The notes: a model not told the origin generated them from the sequence alone. A stretch of 53,718 nucleotides of DNA, filler included, from Catajapyx aquilonaris (GCA_000934665.2; 3 parts of 3 records of this genome joined end to end with filler, not necessarily neighbours in it), one strand, 5' to 3'. Numbered from the whole stretch's first letter, positions 23,068 through 37,571 are shown. Numbers and translations: made by a program.

Positions 23068-26000
23068 ATGGAGTTTGATGACTACGAGGCCTTGCCCACC
23101 AGCAATGTCCAGGCGCACATGACCGCAGGGGCCATCGCTGGGATCATGGAGCACTGCGTCATGTACCCTCTCGATTCTGTTAAGGTGAGGGACCGCACCG
23201 GGTCGCATCGCTACGTACGGTTAAGCAACGCAGTGGGCAGGAACACTGGCCATATGTTGACCACCGCCGTTATATAATGCTGCCTGCAAGTAGCATTGCG
23301 AACACTCTGCCTAATTCAACAGTGAAGTGTCGGTCACGGAATCGCATTACCACCACATATTATAGCCACGTGTGTAACCATTTCCGCTACATATGTGGTG
23401 GTAATGGTCACACTTTCACTTCAACATTTGATTTCGTGGCGGATCGACAGTGGATAGGGAAGTGTATGGACATTTTGCATTTTCCTCATAATTACTGGCA
23501 TGCTTCCAGTACTTGAAGCACCTCTGGCGGGTGGATGGATCGCTCATTATGAATTTTTGGCTTGCATCCACTTACCATGCTAATTATCCATTACTATGGT
23601 GCCAGAAGGAATTTTTAATAGTGAATTATTAACTAATTTGTTGCATAGAGGTGCGTTTACATGCAAGCGATTTGACAAGCAAAGCGGAGTGAAGTCTTCG
23701 CCAAATATGGTTATACTGGTTACTCAGCGATGTTACCGCTCGGCAAAGACTTCGCTCGACAAATCGCTCACATGTAAACGCCGCTTTGTAGCATTTGAAA
23801 CCTGATTTGAAATGAAGCTTGAACTTGATCCAGCTGGTTCACTGCAGTTTTTGACCCTGTAAGTGTTATATCCATATATTCTCTTATCCACAGCCCACAT
23901 TAGAAGTCAGGCGTCATATTATAGTGGGCTATTACTCCAATATTGCAGTACATGGTGGGCAAAGTTACTGCGAGAACCAGTCCTGGAGGAGAAAACTTAG
24001 CAGGCCCCACGTGTCATTGGCTCTCGCAGCATTGTGCCCATACTTCCACTGCAATTCTGAATAATCAACCGACATATGGTTTTATACATTATGAATGTAG
24101 CAGGTGTTTAGTCGTAGGCATTTGATTTAAGCCTGGGATATAAATATATTGGAGGATTCACTTAGGCAGTGTGCGATATTTGTATTACAGTAAAACCTCG
24201 ATATAGCGTTTTCCTGCTTTGAACACCATTTTCCGGTCCCCCGATAATTTCCATATGGTAAATTTTCCTGCTTATAACACTACTTTTGGTCGGTACCTTG
24301 AAGAGCGTTATATCGAGGTTTGATTGTATTACGATTGGTTCTTGTATAACTTGGCCAAGGTTTGAGTATAGTAGTTCTACTCCAACACTGGTTTATAGCT
24401 AGATCCCTTAACTACGTTTATGGGAAAAGAGCTTGTTATTTGCATTTGTAAGACTTTTATTGGCAATATCAGCAAGTTTTGAAAATCAAATAATTCAATA
24501 ATTATTCTCACATGTAAATGTGACGTTCACTTACACTAGACCTGACGTGCCAAAAAATGCACCACAAAATATCTGACATCCAGTAGTGTGGATGGTGTGC
24601 CATCTACTGAGTGTAGATGCGCACAGTTTAGTTCTCTTTGAATGTCCAAGTATGCCAGTTGTTGTGATGCAAGCGACATTACATAACTTATTGTACTGTT
24701 TTACCTATTGTTATTCGGTGCTTTGAGATTTTCATTGTGTCATTCAAGTCACTTTTATGGAGACCAGAATGGAAAATTCTATTTCGCCTATCTAAAATAT
24801 TTTAAAATATTACTTCTTGCTGAAAAGTTAACATTGCAATTATTTTTCAGACGGACTGGTTTGAAACTGAATTTTTTTTAAATTGTAATTATCAGATGTG
24901 TGTGTAATAACAATGTAAACTTGGGCGCTGATTCAACCCCCATGCTGATACTTATGAGGGGAGAAATTACTTGTTACATTTGGGTGATGCCCATCAGCTT
25001 ATAGATCTCGTAAATGTTGTATCCGGCATTTCCCTTAGAATTCCAAATTGAGTTGGATTACATAAAAGCTCAACCTGGTGGTAACAAAAAAAAGTAGTCT
25101 GCTGACTGTACAAGTTACAGATGCTCACTAATTATTATGCAACAGATGCAAGAAACTGTGTTGAATTTTCCAGTAACAAGGAAAAGAGATCAAAATACAT
25201 TTGAACTTGTTTTGACTATTAGTCCTCAATAACCAAGGACACCTGAAATGTCAGTGCACCCACCCAATGACTGGCCTCACACCATATTTTTATTACTCAA
25301 CCCAATGCAATCATGCCTTAACCTCAGCCAAGGCAGCAACACTTGGCATATTATGAGAAGCATTAGTTCCTTGCCAGTTGGAAATGCCATGCAATTCATT
25401 ATGCTTTGCGGTGTAACCGAAGTAAATGTGCCCAGTCACAAGCAGGTAGTGTTACGTAACATGAATGCATGTGGCTCCGTATGTGAAGTGAAATGCTACT
25501 AATGCTTTCCACTTGATTTGGGAAAATATCTTAAGCAATACCGTCAGGGTTGTACGGTATTAGCAACGGCCGAGACGCTAAGAAGTGACACTTAGCGTAC
25601 GTTTCTTTTAATACTTTTTTACTCTTTTACTGCACCTGAACATGAGGTTAAGTTGAATGTGAGGCACTGTGAGGTTCATTTAAGTGTTGGCATGAAGAAT
25701 TTGACTGATTCTATTTTTGTCAAGGTTGGCAGTGCATACAGTGTGCATTTCCAAAGTACTCTTATTTACAAAGTAAGTGACCTATTACCTACCTGTGAGG
25801 TCATATTTTTATTGCCCAGGCTGTCCATTAATTTTATTTATCAGTTGTAAGGCATTTTTGACGAGCATACCTATGTGGCGGAACTATACCCTTGTCGTGA
25901 TCCCCACTCTCTTGTAGGCCATTGTGACCAGTTCTTCGAAGTGGTGCACATGGCATGCATAATGTGTCATTGTGCCATTACCATATGACGATACCAGGAC

Positions 26001-29000
26001 ATTCTAAGAATAGATTGGTGCTTTACTAGATCCTTCTCTCGCCATCCAACATTACATGACCTCTAGTCTGATTCAGTGATAAGTTTAGTCTGTGATAAAT
26101 TTGGTTTGATGTTTTGGTAGTAGTGTTAATGGTATTTTAAAAGGTTTTTTTTTTAATGTCTAGGAGATTGCAGGGTAAATATTGAGTAATGACCCTTGAT
26201 GTCTTTTTCTCAAGTTCATGTGGTTGACATGGTTATTCTGACGCCTTTTTCAGATATTATCAGGAAAATTAATATCTTCTTATAAATCAGTTCTAACGAG
26301 TTCACGTTTTGTAGTTACATAGCGATAATTATAAACTATTTAAAAAATAAAATGTGTGGTTTGGCAGCATAATTTTTGTATACGTTGTAATTGCAATAAC
26401 AATTTGTATTTTTTAATTGATAGACACGTATGCAGAGCCTGTCCCCTTCCCCCAATGCAACTTACCGCAATGTGGGTGAGGCACTAGTGAAGATTGTTCG
26501 TCACGAGGGAATCTTCAGGCCAATGAGGGGCATGGGAGCCGTCATCTCAGGAGCAGGACCTGCCCATGCCCTCTACTTCTCCTGTTATGAGAAGCTCAAG
26601 GGGATCTTCTCTCTTCATGTTCCCTCACATTTAGCCTATGGTAAGGTGTTAACTGGGTTGCCACTTTTTAAATGAAAAGGGAACCTGATTTTTCTTAACT
26701 CAAAAATTACACGATGTCGAAAAGAATCTTGAATTGATTTTGGGCTCTCGTGATAATTCTAATGCTGATTTCTTATGGAAATGGGATCAGTTTTGTAGTG
26801 TATTATTCGTATGTGATTGTCAGGTTTTCTATGGGGCAGCACTGTTTATGTTGTTTGGGTTTGGTGGAGCTGGGCATCCCGAGACGGAAACAACTCTCAC
26901 CACACACACATTTGGTGGCCTTGTTCTACGGGGAATACCCTGGGGCACTTTCATTCTGGTTATTGGCAGTTGCTCAATTCTGAGTTGGACATCCTTGGTA
27001 GTAATGCTGTGTTGTGGCATCCAGTACAGTGCACCAGGAAAATATGTCACAATGTATTACCATGAGGGTAATATTACTTGGCACTTAGAAGTCGTTTATT
27101 TCGAGTACCATGTTCGTTGCTGTCGGAAATCAGAAAAACTCACATTTATTTGAGACATCAGAACTTGAACTGTTGATGCGACATAGTGATGGGAATTATG
27201 TTTTGTATTGTGACGTGTATGAATAACTTCAATGAATGTTAATTGTGATTTGAATTTCAGGTGCCTCTGGATGTGTGGCAACAGTGCTTCATGACGGAAT
27301 AATGACACCTGCGGAAGGTGAGTTACGTGGAATGCCTCAGGTTGTCTTCCTGATTTTTTTTTTGTTGGTTTAAGAGGGGATGGGGTGGGGGAAGGGGGCA
27401 AATGCGTTTATTGCCGTCATGCTTGACTTCAAGGACATGTTTTTGTGCCCTATTATGATGGACATATGGATGGAGGGTCGTATGAAATTAGTTGGATGAA
27501 ACAGGATTGGAAACTGCAAAGTAATTGTTTTTTTCATAAGGAATCTGCATGGAGTTAAGTCACAAATCTGTTATCACGTACGTTTTTGTCTCATAAATAT
27601 TAACTAATACAGGTGGCGGAGACTCAAAATAGTCCCGTTGATGATATGCCCTTGAAGCATACAGTGCTCATGACTAGAGAGAGATGGTTGAAGTTCTGGG
27701 AATTATTCCATCCTTTTTTGTTTCCTGACATGGCCATTCATGACATCCTCAATTACAGGGTGGATAATACTCGTAAATCTCCCAACCACAATGCAATGGA
27801 TTGCCTTGCCTGCTGCGGCATGACATTATGATATAGAGCAGCAAATGTCATGACTTCCTCCCACTGACAAATGCTAGTTCATGCCTGCCATTCTACAGAT
27901 GCGGGTAAAGGTGGTCATATTTGACACCTTGTGCATCGCAATGTTTTCTGAGCTCTTCAATATATTATGTGCTAGTATCCTAACAGGAATAGTACATGTA
28001 TACCAGTTTTGGTAGGATTTGTGTATGCAAATGAGCATATAAATGTTTAAGAAAATAACCTGGAATGAAACACATGCGATGTACTGGTACCAGATCCAAA
28101 TAATTGCGGCAGGTGTGATATCAATGGCAGGTAGACGGTACTTTTGTGATGCTAATTTTAATATGTAAGTTTTTTAAAATAATTTTACGGGGTAGCAGGA
28201 TAACAAAGGACTCAAAGTTCTTTAAACAATAAGCTGGTTATCGCAAAGTCATTTTATTGTTAAGACATTATATTTGTTCGTGTATTGCTGCACTGATGCA
28301 TGCTAATTTCTGTACTGTTTGTGGTTGTGATATATGGAAAATGACATATGAATGGCTGTGTTTGACCATTTGTGTGTGCCAATATTGATCATGCCGAACT
28401 GATTGAGCAAGTTGATGAGTGTCTGAAATGGTGAAGCAGTACCGCAACTGCAGCAAAATGCCATTGCAACACCGTTATAACTGCCAGACACACTGCTTCC
28501 TACTGCAGTAAGGTGGCTTTCATAATCAAGTGATGATGCGGAGAAATGAATATTCCTGCACGGTAGAAATTTTCATGTACGAAGGTGTGAAAGAGCAGCC
28601 TGTTGATTTCATTTAAAATTTCACTTAAAACGATCGCTTTTCTAATTATTTTTTTTCCCTGCCGGATGTAGACCGTTGAAATCTTTCTCACAACTCTGGT
28701 TTCATTTTGTTATGAATTGATGTGGATTTTAGTGTGATTTATTTATCAAGTGAAATTAATCTGGATGACGTAGCGAGTTTCATTGCTCACTATTGACCCT
28801 CATTCAATGGCGCTGATTGCTTGCCTTATCCAGGTTATCAGCACTTGGCACACCTCAAGTTTGCACTTCCGTGGTGCCAATATCTGATAGTATTTCCCCC
28901 CAAGAGAGCACTGCTCTATCATGGGATAAGCAAAATTTTAAAAATATATATATCTGATAGTATTTCTGATACTATGTGTGCAGCACATTTGGAAAAGGGA

Positions 29001-30034
29001 GGGGAGTAGGTAGCATACAATTGAAAATCTTCCCAATTTTTAGTGTTCATTCTACACAAACGGTATGTAATCATGCGCAGGTAGACGATAAAGAGACGTA
29101 TAAAACACAAAACAATAGCTGGAATCATCATTGATTGTTCCATTATTCTTGGTTTGATGTGGGGTGAATTACAAGAGGAATTACGTAGATGATAAATCCT
29201 CTCGTGTGGTCATTGATATGATCGACATTTTTCTACAAATTTTGTAGAAGAAACAAATGAGATTTTGAGAGGAACTTGAAGACTGCTCATTTTAACGTCT
29301 TTTCAACAGAGGAACACACTGTTACAATTGATGACTTTTGTGTTTCAGTGGTGAAGCAGCGCATGCAGATGTACAAGAGCCCATATGCATCGTGCTGGGA
29401 GTGCATACGGCATGTTTATCATGCGGAGGGCACCAAAGCCTTCTACCGCAGCTACACCACGCAGCTGACCATGAATGTGCCCTTCCAGAGTGTCCACTTC
29501 ATGGCCTACGAGTTCATGCAAGGGGTCACCAACCATGAACGTATATACAATCCCCCGGCTCATATGGTCTCTGGAGCGGCTGCTGGAGCACTGGCTGCTG
29601 CAATCACAACTCCCCTAGATGTTTGCAAAACCCTTCTGAACACGCAAGAATCAGGTGCACTAAGTCGGACCAGGCAAAGGAGGATCAGCGGCCTAGTTCA
29701 TGCATTCCGGACTGTCTACCAGGTCGGGGGGCTGCATGGATTTTTTCAGGGCCTGCAAGCTAGAGTGTTATACCAGGTTCCGTCAACCGCCATTTGCTGG
29801 TCTGTGTATGAACTATTCAAATACCTATTAGTGGTCCCGTCTGGCGGGAGGGAGGAGGAAAAAAGTGGCGGAGGGGTAGCTATTGGGGTGGGAATCGGAG
29901 TGGTGGCTGGAGGTGTGAGTGGTGACGGAGCAGGGGTCGGGACGAAGTGCCCACCCCCAACTTCGTTGTACGGTGCCTTGGCCCTGAACGCCCCTCCAGC
30001 GATCCTCGACGTCTCCACTGTCAGCAATCGATAG
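23068..30034 (+). CDS. mfrn: Mitoferrin (SLC25 mitochondrial iron carrier), 358 aa; exons 23068-23184, 26424-26640, 27261-27317, 29349-30034
   Basis: [76 protein letters not shown] and [14 protein letters not shown]: three carrier repeats. All junctions GT-AG and in phase (1077 nt). Confidence 0.97.
23649..23785. mobile_element. Small Harbinger-like MITE in mfrn intron 1
   Basis: Ends GGTGCGTTTACATG / CATGTAAACGCCGC with internal GCGAAGACTTCGC-type palindromes. A related inverted fragment is at 21181-21330. Confidence 0.6.
24188..24326. mobile_element. pogo-type MITE
   Basis: TA|CAGTAAAACCTCGATATAGCG ... CGTTATATCGAGGTTTGATTG|TA. Confidence 0.75.
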
Positions 30035-30883
30035 CCCAGGCTGGTAAGTCGGCTTTAGACTTAAGATAATAGACGTACCATTATATGAGGAAAATTTAAA
30101 ACTGATTTTGTATTATTCCAGCTACCTGTGCAGGTAGGAGGTAGACATTCACGCAACCCATCCGGACCGCTGCTTGTTGGCGTTTACATGGCGGTGTGAT
30201 GGACATCGAGAGAAATGAAGACAATGAAGGCGGGAATAGATATGATTTTCATCATCCAACCGGCAAAAATCACAAAAGATAAATCATGTTGTTTTTTAAT
30301 AACACGAGAAATGATCTATGGTTGTTTTTAAAATGTTTCTAGTCTTTGCCTTTCTTTATTCAAGAGAAGGTGTTTTCATCGATGACGTGAATGGTGTGGC
30401 AGAGGAACCAGTTGTTTATACATATTATAGATTTGTTTTTTTTTTGTCTTTTTTTTCTTTTTTTAAAAGAAAAAGAAATGAATTTTAGAGCACTTATTGA
30501 GATCAAGACTTAAAAAATTTATTGGTGGAACGTGTCATCATATGTGTTCCCGCCATGACCACTACAATAATCTATCCTTCTGCTGTTGTACAAAAGAGTA
30601 TGTTTTCCATCTGTATTATATGCAGTATAATATCTGATTTTTGAAGAGGTGCTATCAGACATGTGATTCATTGGAAAGTTGGGGAAATTTAAAAACAAAC
30701 CAAGCAAAAAAAAAAAATGAACAAGATTTTTTTTTTTGCAACGAGTGACTGAGCACATGGTAGCAAAATCACTGACCCTGTGAATTTAAATTGTACAGAG
30801 AGTGTTGTTGACGTTGTTGGGGGGGGGAATATGAATTATAGCAACTGCAGGTGTACATCAGGTCTACATGTTTTTTTGTCGGG

Positions 30884-31005
30884 TTTTTATAGCAATGGTT
30901 ACAAGTGCAACTTTATTTTCAGAGAGTGCCTTTGGATGCATTTTTTATAGCAATGGTTACAAGTGCAACTTTATTTTCAGAGAGTGCCTTTGGATGCATT
31001 TTTTA
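30884..31005. repeat. 58-bp perfect tandem duplication in the presumed mfrn 3' UTR
   Basis: TTTTTATAGCAATGG...GGATGCAT at 30884 and 30942. Confidence 0.9.
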
Positions 31006-31541
31006 AATTATCTGTCGTGGGAGACTTGTACAGTACAGTGCGACCACTGCGCTACTGTTGAGCAGATGCCTGCTGTTTTAATAATGGGATTAATCATCCT
31101 TATTATGACACATTTGTTGCAAAAAATCCAGGCGAAAAATAAGGATTGCCAGGATATTCCACGAGCATTACTCAGAGCTGAAACACTCAACCATGTAATT
31201 GTGAATAAATTAAATTGGGCAATTTTAGTACAAAATAATGTGCTTCGACTATCACATCATCGGACATGATTGTGGTCTTATGCATTTTATTGTAGTATAC
31301 ATGAAGTGACACTTCGTCTGCCCAATTTTAATGGAAATTAGATATGTAACATGCACGTAACATGTAATGAAAATTCTGAACATTACTTGGGGTGTATTAC
31401 AGTACTAGCAAAAACAAACAAAACAAAAAACCATTTGCTGGTTTTTTTTTGTTTTGTTTTGTTTTTTTGCCTTCATTTTCAGTCCTTGTGGTTGGTTCGT
31501 GCAAACAGCCACCCGAATGCGGCCTTGGGAAGAATCCCAAG

Positions 31542-32368
31542 ATGGCGGCCATCGCTCGCCTCGTTTTCCAGAAATTCGGAGCCAGAGGTGATGTATTTTC
31601 CACTTTTTAAATAGATTTGCCTGGGAGGGTGCGCTAATAATGGGGCACAGAATATCTCACAAGGAGAGACACTGGCTTTGGAGAGATAAGTGCACATGAA
31701 ATACATGCAAAATTCCTGCAGGTGTCACAAGTTTGCTGCGACTTGGGTCAAACTCAGGGTCATCCCATGTTAACCATCTCCGGATCGTCTGTGCCGGTGT
31801 GGCGCCAAACAGGGAAGTCAGCAACCGGCCGGCGCAGTACTCGTCAGGTCCGGTGGTTGGCCCACATTTCAGCCAGCTGCTGTAAGTAGAGCAAAGTTCA
31901 GGTCGAGTTGTAATAAGCATCTGGAACTCTACATGTTGCAGGAGACTTGCAGCATTCCCACAGCTTCCTTCGACAGTACGAACAGTGACAAAGTACTCTC
32001 TGTCAAAGGGAAAGAGGAAAAGTGTCAGAGCAGTTACCAAGCGGTTCTTCAGGCTTCGATGGTGAGCCCTGCGCCATGTCGAGAGAGGGTTGTCCGCATT
32101 ATGCATTACAGTAGCTTTTCTTATTTGCAGGGGAATATGGATTCGCACCTATGCAGGGCGCCATAAAAAGCTTTGGAAGAAGAGCACCAATCGCAAGCGC
32201 CGCCTTAGGCAGCATGTGTTTGTGAATGCCACCCAGTCCACCCTACTGGACAAGATGGTAAGCAACTACTGGAAGCGCCCCCACTACTACGTGGATGACC
32301 CGTACGAGCCATACCACGAACGGGAGGAGTTCTGGATAACCAGAAAGAAGCCTGTGGATAAATCCTGA
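31542..32368 (+). CDS. mRpL35: Mitochondrial ribosomal protein L35, 187 aa; exons 31542-31587, 31722-31881, 31942-32061, 32131-32368
   Basis: [43 protein letters not shown]...[34 protein letters not shown]. Basic, presequence-like N-terminus. Junctions in phase (564 nt). ATG lies in the YY1-type motif CAAGATGGCGGC. Confidence 0.95.
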
Positions 32369-35300
32369 GAGGTGAGCTCCAGGGAAAGGCGAAATATGCG
32401 TTTGGTAGATGGAATTTCTTTGTGACCCATATTAAAATTGTGTTAACATGTTATGTGTCTCTGTTTTTTTTAACAAATATTTCTCCTTGTGGCTAAGGAT
32501 GTATTTCAGGTTTTAGATATACAGTAGAAATAGTCGGGACAAGTGAAAGTTAACACCTCACATGTAAGCAAGTAGATAACTGTATATGTGGAATTGACAG
32601 GTTTGTACTGTAATATGTGGTTGCCATTTTTGTCTAATGATATACCAATTAAAATCAAAAATATGGTTCTACAATAATAGCCATTAAAAGCATAATCCAT
32701 TTCACTGGCATAACCCCTGAGTAACTATGTGTCGAAATATGTACAGAATTTATTCATAAATAATTTCCAAGCAGGCCTATAATGTTGAATTGACGAAATT
32801 AATTCTAATAAATCGAACAATTCGTATTTGCCGCACTCTGACGATGATACCATCGATTTCTTTGGGCTATGTAGTTCGGACTTCCCGCTGATAGATGGCT
32901 CTGTAGTGATGAGACTGTTGTTCCTCAAGTTGTCGCCAGGTGGCTACTCTCAAGCTGCAGCTTCTGACTCTGGAGGTTGAACAGACAGCTCACAGATGTC
33001 GCCACCAGTATCGTTTTTATGAATTTAGGAGTGTGATGACGTAGTTAAATGCAAAAAGGTCAGAGTCACACTTTCTGTAGAAGACTATAAAATTTCTCTA
33101 TAAGATAACTGTGGGACCCGTGACCATCAGAAAGCAGCTTAGAGAACTTATAATAAGCAAATTCTGACTCACTGTTAGTGACATGCATAAGCAATTATAG
33201 AAGATGGCGTTTGATATGCCATATAACGTGTCATGTTTCTGGGTGTTATTGTCCCCGCTCCATTGTGGCAACATGCTATACCCTGGGCCATTCCCTCCCC
33301 GAAATAAAGTAGAGAGTGTCGCCAGTAGTGCTGCTGGGGGTACGGGCCTCGAGAGGACCCAAATTCAGAAGGGACAAGTCCCCAAAAGCACGGGGTCTCT
33401 TTCCCCCATTTAACGCCGGGAAATGGCCGCGTAATCTCGGGTTATTATTTTGGTGATTAGGGCTACGTCCCAAAGGTGGTGTTATATGGATGGGGGTGAG
33501 GGAAAAAGAGAGGGAAGGGAGAGAGACCATTTTGTTCTCTCTCTCTCTTTTTTGGAGGGGGACACACAGTGTTTGACACTCCCCGTGACACTTTTCATGT
33601 CACTGGGATAATTGTCACTTGGGCCATCCAGAGACCCTCGATTAATGCCGAGGCGGAGCCGTCAAATGACTAGACCCCGTTGGGGATTTAGGTGTATTGG
33701 GGCGGTGGAGAACCATGATTGGTGGGGATATATGATGGAATATACGCTTGCCTGTCCCCAGAATCTCTCGGAGGATTTATTGTCACGGGAAGCTGCTGTA
33801 TATAGTACACACCAACTATAGTAGAATCGGTGTGCCAAGTTTCAGTACTCTCAGTAGTCTGAAAGTGGGTTATGTAGTCGTCACATACATATGAACAAAC
33901 TTTCTGCTTTATATATTAGCAATGTCTGACGCATCAGATATTCAGCTGCACTGTACAGCTTCTGTATAGAGCTCGCCAATCCAAAACTTCCCTCACACAC
34001 AGCAATAAAATAGCAGAAATAAATTTTTAATTAAGAAATTAATAACCCTCAGTGGTCCTAACGGCTGTATTTCACATAAGCTTGCATGCCTGCACGCCTG
34101 TTTTGACAAGTGCTCGTGAGTGATTATTGTCCGACCAATTGTGAAGCCAAATTTGTAAGATTCCGTGTTAACGAGCTGCCGGTATTTTAATCTCCTTGGA
34201 CTTGCAGCAAACCGGGGGTAGCCCCCAAACCGTCTTAAATCGTGGAAAATGTGTTTTTGGCGAGTCCCCCACCGAGTGGAGCCAAAGGAGGCCCAAATTG
34301 AGGCCGGTCTTTGACAAGTCGACAGGTCCAGAGTCCGTAACGGAGAAAGAGGGGTGTCCATTGTGAGGAGGGGTCTCCCTCTCTTGCCTTTTGACTGCAG
34401 ACCTTCCTTGGTCACCTCATAACCGCTTTCTTCCACTCTTTTCTTTCCTTTCTATCCGTTTCAGAGACCCCAGGCACACGTTCGCCACTTCACAATAAAT
34501 TGAACAGTAAAAATGGAGGTTTCGCTGTGCTCGGGCCAAGCCAAGGTTTCCCTTTTTTTCCCTTCACTCTTCTTTGGCTGGACAATGGAGTAAGGGTGGA
34601 GTCGGAGGGATTCAATGTGTAAGGTTGTGATTGGAGAGTTTTGGGGAGGGTTCAGATTGTGGGAAGTGTTGGCGCAACGGTGTCACATGATCGAAATGGA
34701 CCGTAATCGACAGGGAGTCAAAAACTTTGGACAAAAGAAAATTTGAGCAGGCCCTTTTTTGTGTCCAACAGTCCAAGAGATGAAAATGACAGCCTCTGCA
34801 TAATTTTACGAGCCAAGGTTGGGGGATGTAACTTATTGCTGCTGCTGATAAACTAATTAATATTTGTTGGCATTGTCTGCTGGATATAATTGATAGTTGT
34901 TTTCTTCTGTTTCATCCGCAGTAATATTTCACACTGTTGATATTCATGAATCGCCATATTTGTTTAAAAAAATGTGTTTTTGTCAAGTCAATAGCATATA
35001 GGAAGGACCGCATTGGGTTTTGAAACCATCTGAGAGTGTGTGACGCAGGAGGCCTGTCGCCTGATGCAGTAACCAGGTTGTCTCAAATAAATGTTTATTT
35101 ATCGCAGTTTGGAAGCTTTTCCCGGCTGTTTACCAGTGAGAAGAGCGGTCCTTTGGGCCAGAAACACGTGCGAGGATGATTCCCAAGGCGCGACGACAGG
35201 AAGTCAACGAGCGTAGGAATTTATGCTTTCGGAGAGGGAGAGAGAGAGAGAGAAAAAAAAGTTTTCTTTTTTGGACCTAGCAAGGCCTGACCCATCATAG

Positions 35301-35846
35301 AGACCGCCTCCAAAACCACATGTGCCTGAGTATATCGATGACTTGAGTGCATAGAGCAGATATATCCGCGATTGAGTTATTTATTTCAGCGACGACTAAG
35401 GCGTTTTAAAGGCGGTGCAAAATTCGGGGGCATTTTGAGGGCTTCTGTTTACACTTATTTGGATTTATGGGTTTTGGAGAAGCCTTCTGATGGTAACATC
35501 GCCAGGCACTTTTAACTCTGGTGGCCATGGAAAGCATCAGGTCGTTTATGGCGTAATCAACGTGGCTTATGCTTATCATCGGCTGAGCACAAAAAAAAAC
35601 CATTATATTCCAATATAACCGAAGTTATTTTTGATTGGTTCCAGTATGGCGTGATAAGGCTGAATTTTTATGATATGTCATACTAGCAAATGGCAATATC
35701 TGCAAAGATAGATCTTCGGGTGCATAACCTTTCCAGTATATTTTTTTCCCAGCAGATAATTAACGACGCCCTTATACCTCTGCAAGGCGATTAATTATCC
35801 GCATAATTGCAGACTTGTAGATTCAACGGGGCAGAATCGCATTTTC

Positions 35847-35946
35847 NNNNNNNNNNNNNNNNNNNNNNNNNNNNNNNNNNNNNNNNNNNNTTAATTAATT
35901 AANNNNNNNNNNNNNNNNNNNNNNNNNNNNNNNNNNNNNNNNNNNN
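35847..35946. other. Assembly gap with TTAATTAATTAA linker
   Basis: Same 100-bp construct as 17973-18072. Confidence 0.95.
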
Positions 35947-36877
35947 GTGGCCAAGGATGACCTCGGAGGTGAATTACAATGTGCCTATGTTATTCCCGGT
36001 AAAAAACTACCCCTGGTGATACCCATGGGGCATATGTGGAGGCGATCTGTTTAGGTGACAGACAGAGAGACAGACAGACAGATATAGGTCTGGAAATATG
36101 TATTAGATGTTGTGTTTTTTTTATTTATACACTGACATGATATGACTAGCTGCCCTCTATGCTGAGCTTCTCATCTCGCCAGCCCTATTTGTGCTGAAGT
36201 TGTTGGGTCCTATTTTATCTATCAATCTATGTAGCCTACGGTTAAGGACAGTGCAATGCAAATAGAGCAGAAATATTATATTGTCATTACCAGTAGCTGT
36301 ACACCAAATAGAGACAGGCAAATGAAATGAAATTGTAATCAGTATAAACACATTTATTGAAAAAGACACTAATAAATTGTGACCATTTTATCTTAGGGTA
36401 CAATCAGATGGAGATTCATCGAAGTTTAACGGTTTGATTACAGTCTTTGTTTTTAAACGTAATCTGTAGACATGTAACAGCGTCATGCTTAATCCCCAAA
36501 AAGTAAATGGAAGTTATGAGGCAACAAAACCAAGCTTAACAACATATTATGAGGTACCATATACAAAATGAAGGTGAATAGACATATGGGAATTAATATT
36601 TACTCAGAGTTCATTTGCGAATTGGCATTTGATCCTAAATACCATGAAAAGCTCAAGGAAATCTTTAGAAAAATAATCATCTATAGGGTAAGTGCCATTC
36701 ATGAATATTCAGGCACAGGATGGTTTAGAACCACACACTGAGGTGCTGTACATAGTGACTTACAAGTTAGAGATATGAAAAATATGGCACGGTCCTTGTC
36801 ATGTGCAGGCTGTGAAGGTTTTATAATATTGAAATTAACATTGGTATGGGTAATTTCAACAGGCATTTTTTTCCCCC

Positions 36878-37175
36878 AGGGTACGTAGGGGGTGCCTAGA
36901 GAAGCAATTTGAGATAGGACACCTATGGTCGGAAACCAATCCAAACGGCGCTACAGGGCCTCTAAGGCCCATTGACATCTCAATATTGTAACATCCCATT
37001 ATTGTTTTCTCCATTGTGCTCATTGTTTAGTTGTTATAAACAATTTAATTCAATAATAATTGAACAATTGTTACAATAATGGGATGTTAACAGGGCCTGA
37101 AGTGCCGTTAGGATGGGTTTCAGACCATCGGCGTCCTATCTCAAATTGCTTCTTTAGGCCGACCCTACACACCCT
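36878..37175. mobile_element. Foldback MITE
   Basis: Long imperfect IR: GAAGCAATTTGAGATAGGAC / GTCCTATCTCAAATTGCTTC, with inner TAACATCCCATTATTGT / ACAATAATGGGATGTTA. Confidence 0.75.
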
Positions 37176-37571
37176 AGCAGTGTCCCCAATTACAATATAC
37201 ACCCTGTATATTATAATAAAGCAATTGAACACAACATAATGGCTTGAATAGTCTGAAGGTGCTACTTGATTGTATCTAGTGAACCACTAATGTTCTACTA
37301 ATGTTACATATGCAGTCTTATAATTCTCACTAAGCCTCCGCTTATACTGTTGAATCCGGATAAAGGACTTCAAGGGACCATGGCAATCAATCTGTGACTT
37401 ATGTTACGAAGTGCTTGGTGCAACTATGAAGAATTTTATTAACATTATTTCTTCACTTTGTGGTGCTAACTGAAGCCTACTGTACACAATGGCTATGGTA
37501 CTGACTATTAATAGAGGTAACCTTTTTCAAATGCACTGACACTTCCTGGTCCAAAATAAGGCACTTTTGAC

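Noticed and set aside
31031..31050. CAGTGC loop motif downstream of mitoferrin as a possible iron-responsive element
   Set aside because: Flanks cannot form the 5-bp upper stem with a bulged C.
34078..34094. AAGCTTGCATGCCTGCA, matching the pUC polylinker
   Set aside because: Only 17 bp, the next base breaks the PstI site and no other vector sequence flanks it; treated as chance.
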